This document shows, piece by piece, positions 53,330-58,032 of a DNA stretch of 58,032 bases. Source of the stretch: a virus; the IMG/VR virus record IMGVR_UViG_3300013947_000006, positions 1 to 58,032 of that record, one strand, 5' to 3'. The notes under the pieces are model-generated. The model was not told the origin of the DNA. It made no database searches and saw only the letters and a program-made list of their open reading frames with translations. Position numbers and translations under genes: made by a program. Each line of letters begins with the position of its first letter. The stretch's first letter is position 1.

Positions 53330-53704
53330 ATGAAGAAAGTAAAGACAACCGTAACGTATAAAGTACCTGATTGGGAATTCTGCAACTGCTCAAGACTTGG
53401 AAAACCTACAAAGGATATGTGTAGATTTTGCGTCAAGCATGGCAAAAGTTATGTATGCGTATTACACAACATGCCTTTGGATACGGTAGAAGGTATTCTT
53501 GTTAAAAAGGACCTTGCTTGTGTTAGAGCGACTGCAGGCTTCGAAAGTGTGGTAGAGGACAATGACATCCAGGTTGACCCTAAAGCTGTGATGAAAATGA
53601 CCATGCAGGAGTATCAGAAAATCTATAAGCAGCTGTTAGCTCAGGGATACCCTGACACAATGGCTAACAAGCTTGCTCAGCAAATGGTATTAGGAGGTAA
53701 GTAG
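53330..53704 (+). CDS. Hypothetical Cys-rich protein (124 aa)
   Basis: TGGAGGA RBS; CNC...CRFC...C motif. Confidence 0.6.
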   Translation: MKKVKTTVTYKVPDWEFCNCSRLGKPTKDMCRFCVKHGKSYVCVLHNMPLDTVEGILVKKDLACVRATAGFESVVEDNDIQVDPKAVMKMTMQEYQKIYKQLLAQGYPDTMANKLAQQMVLGGK

Positions 53705-53705
53705 C

Positions 53706-53924
53706 ATGAGTAGTTCATTACATGGCACTGACGCTGAAGTTATCGCAGAACAGGCCGAAATCTACAAACGTAAAGGCTATGCTAATCGTGCAGAATATCT
53801 GCGGGGTTTAGCCGAAGAAAATGGCGTTGACTTAGATATAGTGCTTGCTATATCAGATGCACTTGGTCCATATGAAGATTTCGATGGATTGGTAAGCATG
53901 GTTGAAGACGCTGCATATATGTAA
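53706..53924 (+). CDS. Hypothetical acidic protein (72 aa)
   Basis: ORF track, tight packing. Confidence 0.55.
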   Translation: MSSSLHGTDAEVIAEQAEIYKRKGYANRAEYLRGLAEENGVDLDIVLAISDALGPYEDFDGLVSMVEDAAYM

Positions 53925-53939
53925 TAAGGAGGATTGGCG

Positions 53940-54518
53940 ATGAACGCAAAGACATGTAAACAATGTGGAGAGCTCAAGCCCATTGAGCAGTTCCGTAAAT
54001 ACTATGGTGGTCGTAAGGGTACATACACCACTTGCAAGACTTGTGAGAAGATTAACTCGCGAGCAAAGTACCTGACAAACAAAGGTGATAAGTGCAGCGA
54101 CGCTGAGCTCACAGAGCTTGCTAAAATCCATGAGTTGTGGGATGCACAGAGAGCTGCTGGTCTGCAACCGCCTAGAGAAAACACTGGACGTAAGGTGCCA
54201 CTGTCAGAAAGCTTAGATGATATGATTGGCAAGTACAAGCAGCAGGCAGAAGCTGTGCAAGAAGTTGTACAAGCCGTAAAGGTTCCCGATATTCCAGCAG
54301 AGCTTAGCCGCTGGCTCACTGAGCCCCTTACAGAAGAGCCTGAATATTATCAGGATGAGGTATACGAACAGCTGAAAGCTAAGTTTAGACCGAAGACTAA
54401 GATTGACCCTGACACAATGCTGCCAGTATACGACGACACCTATAAGCCTGTGCTTGATAAGGTGCTTGAGCGTTTCGATAACTATGAGGACACATACTAT
54501 GACAGAGAGGATGATTGA
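53940..54518 (+). CDS. Zinc-ribbon protein (192 aa)
   Basis: AAGGAGG 7 nt before ATG 53940; TCKQCGELKPIEQF...CKTCE ribbon; acidic C-terminal half. Confidence 0.65.
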   Translation: MNAKTCKQCGELKPIEQFRKYYGGRKGTYTTCKTCEKINSRAKYLTNKGDKCSDAELTELAKIHELWDAQRAAGLQPPRENTGRKVPLSESLDDMIGKYKQQAEAVQEVVQAVKVPDIPAELSRWLTEPLTEEPEYYQDEVYEQLKAKFRPKTKIDPDTMLPVYDDTYKPVLDKVLERFDNYEDTYYDREDD

Positions 54519-54520
54519 TT

Positions 54521-54820
54521 ATGAAAGCTATTGTAGAGTACACAAAAGAAGAAGCAGAAGTTATGTCAAAGAAATGGAAAGAGCTGCGGGATAAGACAAA
54601 GGATATTCCTAGAGCAGAACTGTTCAGCAACTACACGAGAACGAGTGGATATGCCCACTATAACTTCTCTGGTAATATTACTGATAAACTTGTTGAGGCG
54701 CTTGGTCATGAACCAAGCCCTGATGAGATTATCATGCTTGTAGATAGTGGCTTCAGCCACTTCGGTGCTAGTTGCTCAATAAATGATAGACACTTCAGTG
54801 GTCGTGTATGCACAGATTAA
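54521..54820 (+). CDS. Hypothetical protein (99 aa)
   Basis: ORF track frame; ATG 54521. Confidence 0.55.
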   Translation: MKAIVEYTKEEAEVMSKKWKELRDKTKDIPRAELFSNYTRTSGYAHYNFSGNITDKLVEALGHEPSPDEIIMLVDSGFSHFGASCSINDRHFSGRVCTD

Positions 54821-54832
54821 GGAGATGATTAT

Positions 54833-55915
54833 ATGTCAAAGATTGAGTTAACACTTGCCCCTACTTATGTACCTAGCTGGACATGCGTAGATGCTATTCG
54901 TGAATTATTTCAGAACGCCCTTGACCAGGAGGCGCAAAATCCTGAGAACAAAGCAAACTGGGAATACCATGATGACACGCATGAGCTTGTCATCAGTAAT
55001 GCAAAGTCTAAGCTCGAGGCCGCATCGCTGCTGCTTGGTCAGACATCAAAGGCTGGCGACAAATCTACAATCGGCCAGTTTGGTGAGGGTTACAAGATTG
55101 CGACGTTAGTATTGCTGCGTGAAGGCAAGAACGTTGTATTCTACAACTACGGCATCAAAGAGATATGGCGCCCACGCTTTGTTAAGTCTCGTAGATTTGG
55201 TACCTCTATCCTGACATTCTTCACCGAGAAGAAACCTGTCTGGGAGCGCGTACAATCTGCAGACCTTGAGATTGTGATTGAGGGCATCACGCCTGAAGAA
55301 TACTGTAAAGAAATCGTACCTTCAAATTTGCACCTTCGTACTGACTACAAAGTGCTTGAAGAAACTGAGTATGGCAATGTCATTGACTTACCCGGCAAAG
55401 TGTTTGTTAACGGTTTGTTTGTTTGCGACTACGAGCCATACACGTATGGTTACGACTTCAAGCCTGAGAACATCCGCCTGGACCGTGACCGTAAGATGGT
55501 TAGTGACTTTGACCTTCGTTGGATGGCATCAAAGATGTGGAGCACCTGCAAGGACACTGACAAGGTACTCGAGATGATTGTAGATGGTAAGGCTGATGTT
55601 GCTTTCCTTGATAGTGTAAGTTACACATCAAGCTGGCGTGACCTCGCCGCTGAGAAGTTCAAGAGCGTGTATGGTCCAGAAGCAATCCCAGTAACCAGTC
55701 AAGAAGAACTCGACAAGGTGCCTACAGGTTACAAAGGTGTTGTAGTTAGTGAGAACTACAGCTCATTAGTCAGAGGAAGCTCAAGCTTCGTAATGCCAGC
55801 GCCCGACGACCACTCGCCGGTTGATGACCTACAGGACTGGTATGACAGCATCAAGCATAAACTTGATAGTGACGAGCAGGAGCAGTTCGAAGCTATCATG
55901 GAGGGCTTACGATAG
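54833..55915 (+). CDS. GHKL-superfamily (Hsp90/MORC/sacsin-like) ATPase
   Basis: Bergerat N-box IRELFQNALDQ and glycine box IGQFGEGYKIATL; 360 aa. Confidence 0.65.
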   Translation: MSKIELTLAPTYVPSWTCVDAIRELFQNALDQEAQNPENKANWEYHDDTHELVISNAKSKLEAASLLLGQTSKAGDKSTIGQFGEGYKIATLVLLREGKNVVFYNYGIKEIWRPRFVKSRRFGTSILTFFTEKKPVWERVQSADLEIVIEGITPEEYCKEIVPSNLHLRTDYKVLEETEYGNVIDLPGKVFVNGLFVCDYEPYTYGYDFKPENIRLDRDRKMVSDFDLRWMASKMWSTCKDTDKVLEMIVDGKADVAFLDSVSYTSSWRDLAAEKFKSVYGPEAIPVTSQEELDKVPTGYKGVVVSENYSSLVRGSSSFVMPAPDDHSPVDDLQDWYDSIKHKLDSDEQEQFEAIMEGLR

Positions 55916-55932
55916 TCAATGTCGGTGACAAG

Positions 55933-56073
55933 GTGATTACCTGTGATGGTCACAAGGGCACGGTCACTAAGAAGTACTTTGTCACTGGTATATACGAAAT
56001 GTATATTCACATTCAAGAGGCTGACGGCCGCATCTGGTATTGCCCAGCCTCTTGTGTAGTTAGAAAGGAGTAA
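55933..56073 (+). CDS. Hypothetical small protein (46 aa from GTG; start unresolved)
   Basis: Frame open 55873-56073 reads ...VITCDGHKGTVTKKYFVTGIYEMYIHIQEADGRIWYCPASCVVRKE; no ATG, only GTG 55933 with a weak RBS. Confidence 0.3.
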   Translation: MITCDGHKGTVTKKYFVTGIYEMYIHIQEADGRIWYCPASCVVRKE

Positions 56074-56077
56074 CGGA

Positions 56078-56443
56078 ATGAAAGGACCTGAGAGAGTAAG
56101 CTGGCTGAGATACTACATCGCTCAGCCAATAAGTAGCATCTGTAGTGCACTTGGCGAATGCGCCGCCACCACGTGGATAAAGCTCAAAGGTGGTTGGTAC
56201 TGTGAGTATTGTGGTAAGATACATAACCGCCGCATCTATAAGTACAACTGCTTGGACACCAGGCTTGACCTCGCCACTGGGACGCTGCGTGACATCAGTG
56301 ATGAACCTGGTAGATTTGTTTGTAGTCTTGGCCGCGACGCGATGCTTCATGAAGGTTGGAGACCTCAGAATATCACGCTAGGAGACAAACTACTCTCCGA
56401 CCTTATGACTGTAGGTAGAGCATTCAATAACAGAGGTAATTGA
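56078..56443 (+). CDS. Hypothetical protein (121 aa)
   Basis: AAAGGAG RBS; CEYCGKIH ribbon-like segment. Confidence 0.6.
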   Translation: MKGPERVSWLRYYIAQPISSICSALGECAATTWIKLKGGWYCEYCGKIHNRRIYKYNCLDTRLDLATGTLRDISDEPGRFVCSLGRDAMLHEGWRPQNITLGDKLLSDLMTVGRAFNNRGN

Positions 56444-56444
56444 T

Positions 56445-56624
56445 TTGAACCGAACATCGAAGATATGCTCAGTGTGTGGTAAGAGGTTCATCCCTGGAGC
56501 TTGTCACATGTACAAGACAAAGGTCGGGCATGTAAAGCTACAATGTAGTTACACATGTTGGTGCAAGGCCAAATCTACAAACGAACATAAAGACTATGCA
56601 TCACGTCGGCGTGAGCAAGGATAA
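56445..56624 (+). CDS. Hypothetical zinc-ribbon protein (59 aa, TTG start; below the ORF-track cutoff)
   Basis: Hand-translated MNRTSKICSVCGKRFIPGACHMYKTKVGHVKLQCSYTCWCKAKSTNEHKDYASRRREQG; AGAGGT 7 nt upstream; followed by a terminator. Confidence 0.45.
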   Translation: MNRTSKICSVCGKRFIPGACHMYKTKVGHVKLQCSYTCWCKAKSTNEHKDYASRRREQG

Positions 56625-56628
56625 AGTA

Positions 56629-56661
56629 AGGACCCGGAATAATATCCGGGTCCTTTGTTAT
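56629..56661. terminator. Bidirectional terminator between the rightward operon and leftward gene 56909..56658
   Basis: aggacccgga-ataata-tccgggtcct 10-bp stem followed by ttgttatt. Confidence 0.75.
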
Positions 56662-56909
56662 TGCAAATCTCTTGGTACTTTGTAACCTTTCTCTTTGAGC
56701 TTCAGGTACTCATCTACAATCTGCTCAAGCTTGACTTGGCGCTTGAGCCTAAAGTCAGACTTCTGTAAAGACTTGTAATTACTATACTTTGCATATCTTT
56801 TTCCACAATCTACACATCTGTCCGTATACTTGACATGTGCTTCACAATTCAGTTTACCACAAAACATGCATTTGCCTATCAGTATGTTTGAATGTTTCAT
56901 GCTAATCAC
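56658..56909 (-). CDS. Zinc-ribbon protein (83 aa)
   Basis: AGGAGGTG RBS; CMFCGKLNCEAH...CVDCGKRY. Confidence 0.7.
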   Translation of the reverse strand: MISMKHSNILIGKCMFCGKLNCEAHVKYTDRCVDCGKRYAKYSNYKSLQKSDFRLKRQVKLEQIVDEYLKLKEKGYKVPRDLQ

Positions 56910-56937
56910 CTCCTAATTATATTATACGCTGCTTGGA
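56907..56937 (-). promoter_or_regulatory. Late-type promoter/leader box 3 (minus strand)
   Basis: Minus strand reads TCCAAGCAGCGTATAATATAATTAGGAGGTG, the same box as at 5159 and 10254. Confidence 0.55.
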
Positions 56938-56964
56938 TAATAAATATGGCCTTATTTTCTAACA

Positions 56965-57325
56965 AATATTATTTTCTTAACATTCTTAACATTCTCAACC
57001 TTTTGACGTACTCCCACTATTCGACCATCTATATAAAAACAAAAAATAAAATTTGTTTTTGTGTCGGTGAAATAAAATATGGGGTTGTCAAAAGGTTGAG
57101 AATGTTAAGAATGTTAAGAAAATTAAAAAGTTGAGAAAATGTAAGGATGTTGGGCTGTGACTATGCTAGAATGCTACACAGTGTCACTGCGCCCCGGTGC
57201 TGGTAACTACTAGACTGTTCAAAAGTGGTAAGAACTACAGAATATTGAAAAAATTTGAAATTGGGCCAAAACTATTTATTATTTATATCCTTATATATAT
57301 CTTTATTTTTTCAAATTTTGTACTG
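56965..57325 (-). repeat. AT-rich iteron element, copy 2 (inverted relative to copy 1; carries a ~100-bp insertion)
   Basis: Perfect 36-bp inverted arms 56972-57007 / 57087-57122 (ttttcttaacattcttaacattctcaaccttttgac), 79-bp A/T spacer. TTTTGACGTACTCCC (57001) is the reverse complement of 29342-29356; TCCTTATATATAT (57288) is the reverse complement of 29162-29174. Confidence 0.85.
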
Positions 57326-57361
57326 GAAGGAAAGAATATGAAGTCTTCTGAATCTATGTAG

Positions 57362-57390
57362 GTTTCACACGTTCGTGATACACATATAAT
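57362..57390 (+). promoter_or_regulatory. Candidate weak promoter facing GC-rich block D
   Basis: GTTTCA-17 nt-TATAAT; the spacer contains the CACGTTCGTG dyad box. Confidence 0.35.
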
Positions 57391-57399
57391 TATACAACG

Positions 57400-58032
57400 C
57401 CGTGATGCATGCGAACAGCATAAAATCCGCCAGGCCTGACGTCGCTCGGGTCGACGCGGCGATGAGTCCAGTGGACACAGAGTAGTTCTAGACTAGTCTT
57501 TCTAAGCCAAACAAGCTCCTGCACGGATACCAGACATTCTGACATACAGCGTCGCGGCGTCCCAGGGCTGAGTCGGGCAAGAGGATTGTAGATACTCAGG
57601 CAGTAAGTCACAGTGCCGCCCGGCCACGGCTCTACTTCGTAAAAAGAAGTGCAGCCACAGCCAGACGAAGCAAGGGTTTTAGCAGTGGTGGCGCAGCGGC
57701 GCATGGTCGCAGCAGCACTATTACAACTGGACCAGCACGGATACCAGGCTGAACCCACTTTGTGCAGCGCCGCCACGACCCTGACTGACCATAGCCGACA
57801 GGGGTTTTAGCCGCCGCATCCCGGCCTCCGTACGGCCGGAGCTGACGTCAGTTCTACAAGCTAGTAGATTATAGCTGGTCCAATCCAATCCTGTACCACG
57901 GCGGCCCGGGCCCACTTGCTTACGCGGAACTTGACTTCCACAAGCTAGTAGATGTCCCGGCCAGGCGGCGCTTGAGCCAGGCTGCACCAAAGGGCATAAC
58001 GAAACCCAGCTGGCTGACAAGACCAACTGGGT
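57400..58032 (+). repeat. GC-rich ORF-free repeat block D (continues into bases 1-46 across the junction)
   Basis: GGGTTTTAGC at 57674 and 57802; CAAGCTAGTAGAT at 57857 and 57941; GCACGGATACCAG at 57521 and 57735; palindrome AGACTAGTCT at 57490. Confidence 0.8.

Noticed and set aside
55873-55933. Programmed -1 frameshift joining the GHKL ATPase to the downstream start-less frame
   Set aside because: There is no X XXY YYZ slippery heptamer in the 43-nt overlap window. It is left as an open question in the findings rather than annotated.
57390-58026. Minus-strand ORFs 57390..57776 (128 aa) and 57721..58026 (101 aa) in block D
   Set aside because: Cys/Trp/Arg/Pro-rich and unlike real proteins, with no Shine-Dalgarno. 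They sit in the repeat-laden GC block. Only a protein-homology search could rescue them.
1-58032. Lysogeny module (integrase, excisionase, CI/Cro) and any attP
   Set aside because: I scanned all ORF translations for tyrosine- or serine-recombinase and CI-like signatures and recognised none. The absence is by eye only and should be confirmed with HMM searches.

Overview
The window is a complete, circularly closed genome of a tailed dsDNA phage. Bases 1-78 repeat exactly at 57955-58032, so the unique length is 57,954 bp. From the ORF track and the DNA I support about 85 protein genes, 3 tRNAs, a set of near-consensus promoters and terminators, and several non-coding repeat families. (i) An accessory/early arm wraps the contig junction (about 56.9 kb through 5.2 kb). 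It holds six leftward genes, three rightward promoter-ORF-terminator cassettes and four GC-rich ORF-free repeat blocks. (ii) 5.2-29.1 kb is a rightward late module: terS, HNH, a holin-like gene, terL, portal, protease, scaffold, decoration, major capsid, head-tail joining genes, major tail, chaperone G/GT with a -1 frameshift, tape measure, distal tail and fibre proteins, holin, amidase endolysin and a lytic transglycosylase. No sheath gene is present, so it is siphovirus-type. (iii) 29.5-56.6 kb is a rightward replication and nucleotide-metabolism module. It carries 3 tRNAs including an initiator-type tRNA-Met, SNF2 helicase, VRR-NUC, sigma factor, ATP DNA ligase, RNase H, a primase-MCM-like helicase fusion and YqaJ exonuclease. 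It also carries dUTPase, a ThyX-like protein, dNMP kinase, dCMP deaminase, NrdH/NrdD/NrdG, family A DNA polymerase, PC4-like and YhaM-like proteins, a GHKL ATPase and many small Cys-rich proteins. I recognised no integrase, excisionase or CI-type repressor. AGGAGG ribosome-binding sites, sigma-A-type promoters, the anaerobic RNR and a SPOR-domain amidase suggest an anaerobic Firmicutes host; this is inference only. Two structures are the least explained. (a) Four GC-rich, ORF-free blocks are built from roughly 40-bp units around the exact 10-mer GGGTTTTAGC (10 copies, all on one strand) plus a TCYAC-N6-GTAGAT dyad. (b) Two inverted copies of an AT-rich element, each with inverted arrays of 9-bp TTCTTAAC iterons, bracket the whole replication module. 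All functional calls come from motifs read by eye in the translations. No database search was possible.
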